This document shows positions 1 to 9,922 of a DNA stretch of 64,000 bases, one piece after another. The position numbers were made by a program, and so were the translations under genes. This DNA comes from an uncultured Lentimicrobiaceae bacterium (lineage in GTDB: Bacteria; Bacteroidota; Bacteroidia; Bacteroidales; DASVHX01), in assembly GCA_964511085.1 (NCBI GenBank), contig CAZEDO010000003.1:3883-67882 (forward strand), in the 5' to 3' direction. Numbering within the stretch: position 1 is the stretch's first letter; every line of letters starts with the position of its first letter. The notes under the pieces are model-generated. The model had not been told where the DNA came from, ran no database searches, and saw nothing but the letters and a program-made list of their open reading frames with translations.

Positions 1-569
1 TTGATCATATTTTAACCAGTCGTGATATTTACTATATTTACATCCTACTATTTTAGTATTACTGAATAAGCTTACAATATAAACAGTGTATTTACTCAGT
101 AATCATATCTTAATAATCACATGAAGTAATTCCATTTAAACACTGGTGTTAAATATATTATATAATTAATAATAGACAATGATTCTTATCACTTTATGAT
201 ATTTAGCAATTTTGAGTATCTTCTCTTGTTAATTATATTTATTACTTAATAAATTGATATTTAAAATATTATTTATTATAATACAATTGAGACATAAGAC
301 ATTCCAAATATATTTCGCCTAAATATAATTTCCGAAAATTGACAACAATTTTTCACCTAAGAGAAAAAAGTCTCAGGAAAACTATGGTCATTCATCTATC
401 TTGAATTTTAATTTATTTGGTCATCAGCATTGAAGTAACTGATTAAGATCTCACCTTAATACCAGGAGAAAAATTACAATGAGGGAATCTAAAGGCCGTA
501 AAATAAAAAACTGACTTTAGCAGTAATCAGAAAAGTCGGAAATATAGAAATGCGAAAAAGCTGCAAATA

Positions 570-1664
570 CTAATCGCCAAAACTTATGCCAATTCCACGG
601 GCAGTTTGCATCAGAGAAGTTTCTGATTCAACCAGATTGGGCTCCTGAATTGCATCCTGCAATGTAACCGAAGTAATGTAAGGGTGCCGATAGGAAACCA
701 TGCGGCCAAACTCGCCATTCATAACCATTTCGAAAGCCTTGACACCAAACTGGGAAGCAAGAACCCTATCGTAGGCAATAGGGATACCTCCACGTTGCAA
801 ATGCCCTAATATAGTAACACGCATATCGTGTTCACAACCCAATTCTTTCAAATCGTTCGCCAATTTATAAGCTACTCCGCCAAGACGTTTATGTGCATAA
901 CCGATTTCCCCACTCTGTGAAGCCACCACTTCGCCATGCACTGTATGGGCACCTTCTGATATAACTATGTTCACGAAGCCTCTGTCCTTGAAAAAGCGGG
1001 ATTCTATCTTTTCGAGCACTTTTCGGGTATCGTATGGAATTTCAGGAATGAGACATATCTCAGCTCCTCCTGCTACGGCAGCATTCAAAGCGATCCAACC
1101 GGCATCACGCCCCATCACCTCAAGTATCATAACACGGTTATGGCTGGCTGCTGTTGTCACAAGTTTGTCCACTGCTTCTGTAGCTATTTGAATGGCAGTC
1201 TGGAATCCAAAAGTAGAATCAGTTGCAGATAAATCGTTGTCAATTGTTTTTGGAACACCAATAATATTCAGGCCTTTCTCAAAAAGCGCCTGTGAAATCC
1301 GCTGTGAACCATCTCCACCAATGCTAATAACTGCATCTATACCCAGGTATTGTATTTTCCGGATCATTTCATCGGAACGATCAACGCTTGACCATGTACC
1401 GTCGTTGTTACGCACAGGCCAGGCAAAAGGGCCTCCTTTATTTGTAGTTTGTATAATAGTGCCTCCCTGGTAATGGATTCCCCTTACTGCTTTTTCGTCG
1501 AGAACTATTATTTCGGAAGGCTCGCGTAGAATACCATTAAAAGCTTCGATACTTCCAAGCACTTCCCATTCTTTACTTTTAGCAGCGCGTTTTACGATGG
1601 CACGGATTACTGCGTTGAGGCCCGGGCAATCGCCACCTCCTGTAATTACTAATACTCTCTTCAT
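570..1664 (-). CDS. pfkA: 6-phosphofructokinase
   Basis: 364-aa ORF with the GGGDCPGLNAVIR, GVPKTIDNDL and MGRDAGW motifs typical of the PfkA family. Confidence 0.9.
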   Translation of the reverse strand: MKRVLVITGGGDCPGLNAVIRAIVKRAAKSKEWEVLGSIEAFNGILREPSEIIVLDEKAVRGIHYQGGTIIQTTNKGGPFAWPVRNNDGTWSSVDRSDEMIRKIQYLGIDAVISIGGDGSQRISQALFEKGLNIIGVPKTIDNDLSATDSTFGFQTAIQIATEAVDKLVTTAASHNRVMILEVMGRDAGWIALNAAVAGGAEICLIPEIPYDTRKVLEKIESRFFKDRGFVNIVISEGAHTVHGEVVASQSGEIGYAHKRLGGVAYKLANDLKELGCEHDMRVTILGHLQRGGIPIAYDRVLASQFGVKAFEMVMNGEFGRMVSYRHPYITSVTLQDAIQEPNLVESETSLMQTARGIGISFGD

Positions 1665-1956
1665 GCTATTTTACTAAAACTATATTAATCAATGCTTTAC
1701 AATCAATAATAAAATTTTGATTTTTTTTGCAAAGGTATAATAATAATAACCTGTTATCAGCCATTACTGAAAAGGTTTCCCGGGCAAACGCAATATGATT
1801 TGAACAAGGTTAGTATTTTGTGAACAATGCTGGAAACAGTTTATGCGCAAAACAATTTTGAAATCAATAAAGCAGTTGTATTATCGGTTGTAATAGGCAA
1901 CTACTAATTATGACCAGGCCATTCAAACAATAGCTATTGCAGATGCAGGGTACAAA

Positions 1957-1988
1957 TGAAAAAAGCTCCGTTAAAACGGAGCTTTTTC
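1957..1988 (-). terminator. Rho-independent terminator downstream of hup
   Basis: GCTCCG/CGGAGC stem with a 6-nt loop, flanked by an A-run and a T-run, about 20 nt past the hup stop. Confidence 0.6.
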
Positions 1989-2009
1989 TATTTCTGCTTA
2001 AAGAGAAAT

Positions 2010-2282
2010 TTATTTAACGCTCTTTGTAAGCTCTGTACCTGCTTTGAATTTCACAACTTTCTTAGCAGCAATTTTAATTTCCTTACCAGTTTGTGGATTT
2101 CTTCCCTTCCTTGCGGCACGTTTTGCAACTGAGAAAGAACCGAAACCAACTAATGCAACTCTATCACCTTTTTTGAGGGCTTTGTGAGTAGCACCTACAA
2201 AAGCATCTAATGCCCTTTTAGCATCAGCTTTTGTCATCCCGGCTTCAGCAGCCATTGCTTCAATTAATTCTGCTTTGTTCAT
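2010..2282 (-). CDS. hup: HU family DNA-binding protein
   Basis: 90-aa ORF. MNKAELI start, GFGSF and RNPQTGKEI arm motifs of HU/IHF. Confidence 0.92.
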   Translation of the reverse strand: MNKAELIEAMAAEAGMTKADAKRALDAFVGATHKALKKGDRVALVGFGSFSVAKRAARKGRNPQTGKEIKIAAKKVVKFKAGTELTKSVK

Positions 2283-2421
2283 CTTTTTAAGTTTTTAAAT
2301 TAGTAATTAATTGGATAATTGTAGCAAAGATAAGCTATAAGTAGCAAAAAGCAAGAAAAATCTTCTGTAACCCCCGAAAATGTTGACAAAATGATATTTT
2401 TGTTAATAACTATGCCTTGTT

Positions 2422-3429
2422 TTAGTCACTTATAGCCGTTTTTGTTCCCAGAATCTCTATCATACTGCATGTTTGCCACATGCTATTAATATGTGTTCCC
2501 CGAATAAATTCAGACACCTGCATTCGTTTCTTTCCCTCAGCCTGCATCTCATCTATATGTACAAAACCATTACCTGCTGCGATTTTCAGATACGTTTTAC
2601 CATCTGTAAACAATTTACCAGGTTGTGTAGTATCTCCGTCTTCAACATGCGTAGCAAATACTTTTACCTGGAAAACATGGCCATCGGGTTTTTTGAAATA
2701 CGTAAATGCACCTGGGAATGGGCTTAGACCTCTTACCTGATTATAAACTTCAAGGGAATTTCTTTTCCAATCTATCTGGCAATCTGACTTAAATAACTTA
2801 GGGGCAGTTTTAAGCTCCGTAGATTCATTATCTATACTTTCCTGAGCCGTGAGGACAAAACTGGAATCTGCGATAGCCTGAGCAGTTTTAACCACCAGGG
2901 ATGCCCCTATATGCATCAACCGGTCGTGCAGTTGGCCTGCATTATCTTCAAAATGAATCGGAGCAGTCTCGCTGAAAATGATTTTACCAGTGTCAATAGT
3001 ATCAGTCAGAAAAAATGTAGTAACACCTGTTTCTGTTTCTCCGTTCATAATCGCCCGGTTTATCGGAGCGGCTCCCCTGTATTGAGGTAGTAGCGAGGCA
3101 TGCAGGTTAAAAGTGCCATATTCGGGCATCTGCCATACTATGGATGGCAGTTTCCTGAATGCTACAACTACCTGTAGGTTGGCCTGGAAGGATTGTAATT
3201 GCCCGATAAAATCCCCGGACTTTAAATTGGGCGGCTGTAGTAAGGGAAGATTATTATCAAGGGCGTACCGGGCAACAGCAGTTTTCCGCAATTTCATGCC
3301 TCTCCCCGCTGGTTTATCCGGAGCCGATATTACCGCTACCACGTTGAAGCCATGCCTGCGCAGTTCATGCAGTGGAGCCACTGCAAATTCAGGTGTCCCC
3401 ATGTAAATAATTCTTAAGTCCGGCATCAT
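2422..3429 (-). CDS. fmt: Methionyl-tRNA formyltransferase
   Basis: N-terminal IIYMGTPEFAV and the HASLLPQYRGAAPI formyltransferase signature. 335 aa. Confidence 0.9.
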   Translation of the reverse strand: MMPDLRIIYMGTPEFAVAPLHELRRHGFNVVAVISAPDKPAGRGMKLRKTAVARYALDNNLPLLQPPNLKSGDFIGQLQSFQANLQVVVAFRKLPSIVWQMPEYGTFNLHASLLPQYRGAAPINRAIMNGETETGVTTFFLTDTIDTGKIIFSETAPIHFEDNAGQLHDRLMHIGASLVVKTAQAIADSSFVLTAQESIDNESTELKTAPKLFKSDCQIDWKRNSLEVYNQVRGLSPFPGAFTYFKKPDGHVFQVKVFATHVEDGDTTQPGKLFTDGKTYLKIAAGNGFVHIDEMQAEGKKRMQVSEFIRGTHINSMWQTCSMIEILGTKTAISD

Positions 3430-3501
3430 TTTTTGTTTTATAAAACAAAAATACCTGAATTTTCATTCAGGTATCTTGTATATATTAACTTAAAGAAGAG
3501 C

Positions 3502-4197
3502 TTATTTCCCTTCTTTGCTCATTCCCTCGGCCCTTGCGATGTACTTTTCTATATCGCGGCTTTCCATGCTCTTTGGGAACTCTTTTTGAATCCTTTTATA
3601 AGTTTCGGTAGCTTTTGTATAATTACCGGATATTTCAAGCGCCCATCCTGCTTTGAGAAGGAATTGGGGCGATGTAAGGTCATTTGTTTTCTGATCAGCT
3701 GCTTCAAGATAGTAGTCAATGGCTTTCTTGGTATCCTTCAGTTCCATGTAAGCATCACCAATTGCACCTGTGGCCATGGGTCCAATAAATTCATCATCAC
3801 CGCTGAACTTCTTCAAATGCGTGATAGCAGTATTAAATTCGCCTTTTTTAAGGTAAATAATGCCAGCGTAATAGTGTGATAGGTTTGCAGCAGTTGTCAT
3901 GCTGTAATCGTCGATGATGTTAAGGAAACCCAGATAATTACCATCACCGTTCAATGCCTGCTTGATCGAATCCTGTTCAAAGTATTTCTGAGCCATGAAC
4001 ATCTGCGATTGTGCTTCCTTTTCTCTGGGGGCTATGTAAAATCTCTGAAATCCAAAGTAACCAAGCACCACCAGCACAAGGGCACCAATAATAATAGTAA
4101 GCAACTTTTGGTTTTTCTCAATAAAAAGTTCCGTTTTTCCAAGTGCTTCTTCAACAACTTGAATTTTTTCCTCAGTATTATCCGTCTTTTTTGCCAT
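3502..4197 (-). CDS. Membrane-anchored tetratricopeptide-repeat protein (YfgM-like architecture)
   Basis: One N-terminal TM helix (LLTIIIGALVLVVLGYFGF) followed by TPR-like repeats. Start placed at the internal MAKKT (ATG at 4197) rather than the ORF-track start at 4239. Confidence 0.6.
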   Translation of the reverse strand: MAKKTDNTEEKIQVVEEALGKTELFIEKNQKLLTIIIGALVLVVLGYFGFQRFYIAPREKEAQSQMFMAQKYFEQDSIKQALNGDGNYLGFLNIIDDYSMTTAANLSHYYAGIIYLKKGEFNTAITHLKKFSGDDEFIGPMATGAIGDAYMELKDTKKAIDYYLEAADQKTNDLTSPQFLLKAGWALEISGNYTKATETYKRIQKEFPKSMESRDIEKYIARAEGMSKEGK

Positions 4198-4333
4198 ATT
4201 AAGTTTAATTTTGAAGTGCAAAAGTATATTTTTTTCCAAACATTCACTACAGGAATCTGTAATTTTGCCTTTTCACATTCTATTTAACTGAATGTCAACA
4301 TAATACTCAATATAACTGCCTTAAAATTCAAAA

Positions 4334-5164
4334 ATGATCCATTATAAAATGAAGATACTTCGCCTACTCCTTACTTTATCACTTTTATTGATATCATTTT
4401 TCCAATTACAGGCAGGATGGTTGCTGACAGGAAAAAATATCGACACGGAAGGAAGAGCAATTCCTGAAAAGATATTTATAGAGCAGTATAAAGTGAAAAT
4501 TGAACAGCCCGAGTATATTGCTATATTCGACATGAAAACTTTGCGGATAATCCTTGTGGATCCTATAAAACTGACTTTTTACCAGGGCAGTCTTTCTGAA
4601 TATATGGATAGTGTTAAAGCCTTTAAAAAAGAAGCGTTGAAGGTGGCCACCGCAGATATGCCTTCTGAGCAGGCAAATACCTATAACATGACCTACCTTG
4701 ATCAAATTGAAAGTTTTTTCGAAATTCCCAAAGTAGCTCCCGGAAGCTTAGTTATTAATAAAACTGATGTTACATTTAAGATGGTAGGATGGCAGACTGA
4801 AAAATATGAAATTTCCTTAAATGGCATTTTAAGAGAGAGAGTCTGGCTTGCACCCGGAATGAAAGCGGGTGAAGGATTTGATTGGAAGTTATATTTCAGG
4901 TTCCTGAAAGCAGCCGCATTGGAAGACCAGTCGCTAATTTATATGAATACTCCGGAATATCTGGATTTGCTTAACACTGGTTTCCCTCTTCGTAAAATGG
5001 TAATCACCAACGGAGTTCAAACAGAATTCCAGGTAAACAGGTTGGAGGAAAAAACTATACCGGATTACGAATTTTACACCCCGTCATTATGCAAGGAACT
5101 TACTATAGCCGGATGGTTGAAGCAACATGTTGCAAGTGAAGATATCTATGACGATTATGAGTAA
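4334..5164 (+). CDS. Secreted hypothetical protein (DUF4412-like by recollection)
   Basis: Signal peptide MKILRLLLTLSLLLISFFQLQAG. The alternative start at 4349 gives a canonical signal peptide. No catalytic motif recognised. Confidence 0.5.
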   Translation: MIHYKMKILRLLLTLSLLLISFFQLQAGWLLTGKNIDTEGRAIPEKIFIEQYKVKIEQPEYIAIFDMKTLRIILVDPIKLTFYQGSLSEYMDSVKAFKKEALKVATADMPSEQANTYNMTYLDQIESFFEIPKVAPGSLVINKTDVTFKMVGWQTEKYEISLNGILRERVWLAPGMKAGEGFDWKLYFRFLKAAALEDQSLIYMNTPEYLDLLNTGFPLRKMVITNGVQTEFQVNRLEEKTIPDYEFYTPSLCKELTIAGWLKQHVASEDIYDDYE

Positions 5165-5942
5165 ACCGGAAGAAAAGGTTAAAAAGGAATCGAACAAGAG
5201 GAATCCTGTTGAAATGATGAGCATCAAAAACAGTGAACTGCCTCTATTTTATTCCTATCCTAAAGAGTTGCAGGAAGAATTGGTGGCTCATTTTTCCGGT
5301 TTTATGACAGACCGCCGCAACGATTTGTTCCGCAACATTGCCGGAAAACGTACACGCTATATCACAGTTGTTCTGGAAGATATTTTTCAATCGCACAATG
5401 CCAGCGCGGTCATACGTAGCTGCGAGTGTTTTGGCATTCAGGATGTTCATTTTATAGAGAACAACTTCAAATATGAACTTAACCCTGATATAGCACTTGG
5501 TTCGTGGAAGTGGCTAACACTAAACCGACATGCCGGTAACAATGACAATACTGCTGCATGCCTTGGCAGGTTAAAATCGGATGGCTACAGGATCATTGCT
5601 ACCTCACCGCATAAACATGATACTACGGCAAAAAAACTGGATCTGGAAAAGGGGAAAGTCGCGATTTTATTTGGAACTGAACTTGATGGGTTATCTGAAA
5701 ATGCACTTGCAATGGCTGATGAATATCTCAGGATTCCCATGGTTGGTTTTACCGAGAGCTTAAATATTTCGGTATCTGCAGCTTTAGTAATACACCAATT
5801 AACGGATCGGTTGAGGGATTCTTCGATAAAATGGCAGCTGGAAGAAGATGAAATATCTACTCTATTATTGCAATGGATGCGAAACTCGATAAAAATGAGT
5901 AAGTCAATTGAGAAGAAATTTGTAGAAAATTCTTTTTTTTAA
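5157..5942 (+). CDS. SpoU/TrmH-family RNA 2'-O-methyltransferase
   Basis: VVLEDIFQSHNASAVIRSCECFG, ILFGTELDGLS and IPMVGFTESLNISVSAA motifs of the SPOUT class. Start chosen at MSKPEEK, overlapping the upstream stop by 8 nt. Confidence 0.8.
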   Translation: MSKPEEKVKKESNKRNPVEMMSIKNSELPLFYSYPKELQEELVAHFSGFMTDRRNDLFRNIAGKRTRYITVVLEDIFQSHNASAVIRSCECFGIQDVHFIENNFKYELNPDIALGSWKWLTLNRHAGNNDNTAACLGRLKSDGYRIIATSPHKHDTTAKKLDLEKGKVAILFGTELDGLSENALAMADEYLRIPMVGFTESLNISVSAALVIHQLTDRLRDSSIKWQLEEDEISTLLLQWMRNSIKMSKSIEKKFVENSFF

Positions 5943-6020
5943 CAAACTTATACTATTCCGTAATTAATTTTTGTTATTTTTACAAAACTTATTTCAATCC
6001 AAACTACAAAACATAGAATC

Positions 6021-6443
6021 ATGGGAAAAGGAGATAAAAAATCGAAGCGTGGAAAAATCATTCTTGGTTCCTTTGGTGTTCGCCGCCCACATAGGCCTAA
6101 AGCACTAACACCCGCCATTATAGCTAAAGTAAAAGTTGAAAAAATAAAGGTTGAAAAAGCGAAACCAATCAAGCCAAAAGAAGAAGAGGTAGTTGAAGTT
6201 GTTACAGAAGTTGTTGTAAATGAAGTTTTTACAAAAACAGAAGAAAACCCGGCTGCTCCTGATAAAAAAGTAGTACAGCCTAAAAAAACAGTTAAAGAAT
6301 CAATTACTGAACCAGTTAAAGCAATTGCTTCCGCCGAAGCTCTTGAAGAACCTCCGGCAAGCGAAAAGAAAACCACTAAACCAAAATCACCCAGGAAAGA
6401 TTCTGCAAAAACTGCCAAATCTACTGAAAAACCCATCGGATAA
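6021..6443 (+). CDS. 30S ribosomal protein bTHX with a long Lys/Glu/Pro-rich C-terminal extension
   Basis: The N-terminus MGKGDKKSKRGKIILGSFGVRRPHRPK matches the Thx peptide pattern (MGKGDRRTRRGKI..G..G..RP). The remaining ~110 aa are low-complexity K/E/P/V-rich. Confidence 0.7.
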   Translation: MGKGDKKSKRGKIILGSFGVRRPHRPKALTPAIIAKVKVEKIKVEKAKPIKPKEEEVVEVVTEVVVNEVFTKTEENPAAPDKKVVQPKKTVKESITEPVKAIASAEALEEPPASEKKTTKPKSPRKDSAKTAKSTEKPIG

Positions 6444-6501
6444 ACCTGGCTTTTATGCTGCCTGGCAGCAAATGAATTGCGCGTGAAAAAAATAGTAAAG
6501 G

Positions 6502-7872
6502 TTAACCCTTTACTATTTTTTTATATACTTCTCCCCTATCCTCAAAATTCCTGAACATATCATAACTAGCTGCTGCCGGTGATAACAGACATATTTTACC
6601 TTTTTCTGTTTGCTCGCGCGCAATGTCAATTACCTGCTGATAATCAGCGGCAACAAACATTTTTACACCTGAATTTATTTCTGATAATTCCTTAAATATC
6701 CTTTTTCCTGCATCACCAACAAAAATAATGTTACTGATTGATGAATCCCTGAGATATCCAACAAGCGGACTATAATCAATGCCTCGGTCGAATCCTCCTA
6801 ATATCAATGTATCCACATCAAGTAGGGTTTTAATTGCCTCAATTGTTGCCTCAGGTATTGTTGCTATGGAATCGTTGTAGTATTGTATTCCATTATAAAT
6901 CCCGACAAATTCAATACGATGTGGCAAACCCTGAAACGAACTGATACCATTAGAAATATCCCGCTCAGAAACTCCGGCAAGACTGCACGCTGCTGCTGCT
7001 GCCATTCCGTTCATAAGGTTGTGATCGCCTGGAATATTGCTTGGATTATCCTTGTGAAAAAGATTACTGCTAAAACCCGGTGTATTTATCTGGATTTCTC
7101 CTCTAATATTAACAGTAATTCCTTGCTTCAATGGAACTTTGAGAGAATAAGGTAATAAATGGGACTGAGGTTTTGCGCGTTTTAGCCAATTCTGGATTCC
7201 GGGATTTTCAACATTGTATATAAAATAATCATCCTCCTTCTGAGCAGCAGCTATGTTCCACTTCGCATGATGATATGCTTCCACAGAAGTGTAATGATCA
7301 AGATGTTCCTGAAAAAGATTAAGTAGTATGCTAATATGCGGTGCCTTGGTGATAAACTCCAACTGGTGCGACGAAAGTTCAAACACAACGATTGTAGATT
7401 CGCCCAGATCATGCACAATTTCAAATGGAGGAAGTCCAATATTTCCGACTAATACAGCTTCATAACCAGCTGAATTCAGTATGTGACAGATCAGGCTGGT
7501 TGTAGTGCTCTTGCCTTTAGTTCCTGTAACACCAATCACTTGATGTGCATACGCATGAAGAAACAAATCAGTTTGAGATGTTATCTTATCAGTACACATT
7601 AAATCAGGGAACTCCTGAAGAGATATTCCGGGAGTCTTTATGATAAGATCGTAAACTTCAATCCCCTTCATGTAATGTTCGCCAAGATTAAAAGACAGGA
7701 AATTATCTGCCGGATTAATTTGTGCTGATACATCACTTCGTAAATCAGCAATAGTAAGATGCAGTTTTGGGAAATACTCCCTTATCAGTTTATAAGTAGA
7801 TTGCCCTTCGCGCCCAAAGCCGAGTATCAGTATCTCTTTATCATCGAAAAACCTGGCAAGAAATTCTTTCAT
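6502..7872 (-). CDS. murD: Mur ligase, UDP-N-acetylmuramoyl-L-alanine--glutamate ligase (MurD-type, possibly MurD2)
   Basis: 456 aa. GVTGTKGKSTTTSL P-loop and the Mur ligase middle and C-terminal domains. Not embedded in a dcw cluster. Confidence 0.85.
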   Translation of the reverse strand: MKEFLARFFDDKEILILGFGREGQSTYKLIREYFPKLHLTIADLRSDVSAQINPADNFLSFNLGEHYMKGIEVYDLIIKTPGISLQEFPDLMCTDKITSQTDLFLHAYAHQVIGVTGTKGKSTTTSLICHILNSAGYEAVLVGNIGLPPFEIVHDLGESTIVVFELSSHQLEFITKAPHISILLNLFQEHLDHYTSVEAYHHAKWNIAAAQKEDDYFIYNVENPGIQNWLKRAKPQSHLLPYSLKVPLKQGITVNIRGEIQINTPGFSSNLFHKDNPSNIPGDHNLMNGMAAAAACSLAGVSERDISNGISSFQGLPHRIEFVGIYNGIQYYNDSIATIPEATIEAIKTLLDVDTLILGGFDRGIDYSPLVGYLRDSSISNIIFVGDAGKRIFKELSEINSGVKMFVAADYQQVIDIAREQTEKGKICLLSPAAASYDMFRNFEDRGEVYKKIVKG

Positions 7873-9257
7873 TTCAGCGCCTTTTTAAGAATGGATAAAA
7901 ACTGTACCGGAAGAAAATGTACATCGTTAAATGAATTCAACAGATTTTGCGACAATGGTGTATTCTCTGCTTCAACTTGCATACTTTCTTTATAGTGTTG
8001 TAGTAAAACCGGCAACTGTAGGCCGGCACGTTCTTCAATAATCATTCTCAAAGCAAAGTTTACTTCATCAACAGTACCCACACATTCAAAAGGCTTAACT
8101 TCATCTAAGCCGGTCAATTGCCTCATAAAAGGCCATAGCGAGTCATCCGTAAAAATATCTTTCCCAAAAACATCCTTCATACTGTCATTTGAAATAAAAG
8201 GCGAAAGAATAATAAATGCGAACAGGCATTTTGGGCAATTGCCACACCAGATATCGGTCTTGCTGCCAACATTGCAACTTTTAAAAACTGGAAAATAAGC
8301 TGGAAATTGAGAAAACAACCTGCCAATCTGCAATTCGTTGAGCGGCCTGAGGAAGCTGAAATAATTAAAATCAGGGGACAAGTATTTCGCTGAATATTTC
8401 CGGAAATCGGCTTCAAAAGCAATTGATTTGGAATACTGGTGATTAATCTCAGTATCCTCAATAGTTGCTTCATTAGCGCTCGATTCGTTAGAGAGCGCTA
8501 TATAACGGTAGCCGGTGAGTGCCGAAGCTAATAACGACTGGAAAGCAAGCAAAGCTGAAAAAGGTGTATGGCCATTTAAAAAGTCCTGTTTGTTTAACTC
8601 CAGCAGCAATGGGTCAATAGTGCGGGTGATCTCAATAATGCGATCATTCGGAAAACCGGCCTGTTTTGCTGTGAGAATACTTGCCCCACGTGGATTTAAT
8701 ATGAGGGCAAGTGTATCGAAATGCCGGGAGAGTAATTCCAATGTAACAACTGAATCCTTGCCCCCTCCAATGGGAATTATCAATTTATCGCAGAGGTCAA
8801 TTTTAAATGGTGCAAGTTGAAGTCCGGGAACCGATTCGATCTGCATGAATGAATCACGGTCCGTTTCAATTGAATTGAGATAAAAAAACTCGCCTAATCC
8901 CTGGAAATAAACTTCCTTCCACCAATCAACCTGACCTTTATCCAAAGTGTGCGGTTTTACGATAACTGTGGGGGGGCACGCAACTTTCCAATAGCTTATC
9001 AACTCTACAAGACCAATATGGAAAATCAGGTTCTGAAACCGGACATCTGTCACTATTTCATTCATGCGATCCGGTAAATAGAAATCCCTGACAGGTATTC
9101 TAAATATAGGATTGAAATGAAATTTATCTGCCAGGTTGAAGTGAAAAATAGCTTCCAGGCCAATATCAGTAACATTTATTTCGTATGATTCGTAGATAAA
9201 AAAAGGGAATTCCTTGCGTAATTGTTCATAGCGCTGGCGCTTATTAATCTGAGGCAT
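7869..9257 (-). CDS. Conserved protein with a PP-loop-like ATP-binding motif; candidate MurL-type UDP-MurNAc-L-Ala-L-Glu epimerase
   Basis: 462 aa. IPIGGGKDSVVTLELL (SGGxDS-like PP-loop) and a CGNCPKC motif. Its stop overlaps the murD start by 4 nt (translational coupling). The functional call is from gene context and memory of the MurD2-MurL pairing. Confidence 0.45.
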   Translation of the reverse strand: MPQINKRQRYEQLRKEFPFFIYESYEINVTDIGLEAIFHFNLADKFHFNPIFRIPVRDFYLPDRMNEIVTDVRFQNLIFHIGLVELISYWKVACPPTVIVKPHTLDKGQVDWWKEVYFQGLGEFFYLNSIETDRDSFMQIESVPGLQLAPFKIDLCDKLIIPIGGGKDSVVTLELLSRHFDTLALILNPRGASILTAKQAGFPNDRIIEITRTIDPLLLELNKQDFLNGHTPFSALLAFQSLLASALTGYRYIALSNESSANEATIEDTEINHQYSKSIAFEADFRKYSAKYLSPDFNYFSFLRPLNELQIGRLFSQFPAYFPVFKSCNVGSKTDIWCGNCPKCLFAFIILSPFISNDSMKDVFGKDIFTDDSLWPFMRQLTGLDEVKPFECVGTVDEVNFALRMIIEERAGLQLPVLLQHYKESMQVEAENTPLSQNLLNSFNDVHFLPVQFLSILKKALK

Positions 9258-9358
9258 TCAAGTATGGTATAAAATTTGCAAATAAATTTTGTGCTTACTG
9301 TATTCAAAAGTAATATTTTGGAAGATTGCAAGGCAAGAATTTTTAAAATTCAGTAACA

Positions 9359-9922
9359 ATGACAACATTAAAACTAAAGCCAGCCAAAGGCATTCTACTC
9401 ATTTCCGAGCCAGTGCTCAACGATTTCTACTTCAGTAAATCGCTGGTACTTTTAGCTGATCACAGCGACGAAGGATCATTTGGCCTGATCATTAATAAAC
9501 CCACTGATCTTGTATTGAGCGATATCTCCGATGAATTTTCAGGAATTGACACTCACCTTTTTATAGGAGGCCCCGTTAAAACCGACAGTATCTATTTTAT
9601 TCATACACGAGGCGATTTAGTTGGTGGAAGTTCCCGAATAATGGAGGGACTATTTTGGGGAGGCCATTCTGATGAATTGAAAAAACTAATCCTTAACAAA
9701 AAGATATCAACTAACGAAATCAGGTTTTTTATCGGTTATTCGGGATGGCAGCCTGGACAACTGGAAAATGAATTTAAAGAGGAAGCCTGGATCGCAGCAA
9801 CCACAAATCCACGGCAGATACTAAAAAGCGAACCTACGTCAATGTGGAGGAATATATTAAAAACAATGGGTAAAGAATATGCGATGTGGGTTAATTATCC
9901 TACCGACCCCACGCTTAATTAA
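9359..9922 (+). CDS. YqgE/AlgH family protein (UPF0301)
   Basis: 187 aa. GILLISEPVLNDFYFSKSLVLLADHSDEGSFGLIINKP matches the UPF0301 N-terminal signature. Confidence 0.85.
   Translation: MTTLKLKPAKGILLISEPVLNDFYFSKSLVLLADHSDEGSFGLIINKPTDLVLSDISDEFSGIDTHLFIGGPVKTDSIYFIHTRGDLVGGSSRIMEGLFWGGHSDELKKLILNKKISTNEIRFFIGYSGWQPGQLENEFKEEAWIAATTNPRQILKSEPTSMWRNILKTMGKEYAMWVNYPTDPTLN

Noticed and set aside
1-569. 570-bp extremely AT-rich ORF-free region at the left edge, with a weak TTACTGA/TCAGTAA inverted repeat near 60-110.
   Set aside because: I could not recognise a conserved RNA structure, repeat family or promoter pattern. It may simply be the intergenic region 3' of pfkA. The edge of the window prevents context analysis.
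5948-6436. 162-aa minus-strand ORF antisense to the bTHX gene.
   Set aside because: The translation is low-complexity (S/T/F/G-rich) and is produced by the reverse complement of a Lys/Glu-rich gene. The plus-strand ORF has a recognisable Thx N-terminus.
8970-8976. G7 run inside the MurL-like gene as a phase-variation site.
   Set aside because: It is short, encodes Pro-Pro in a housekeeping-type gene, and is below the tract length usually associated with slippage.
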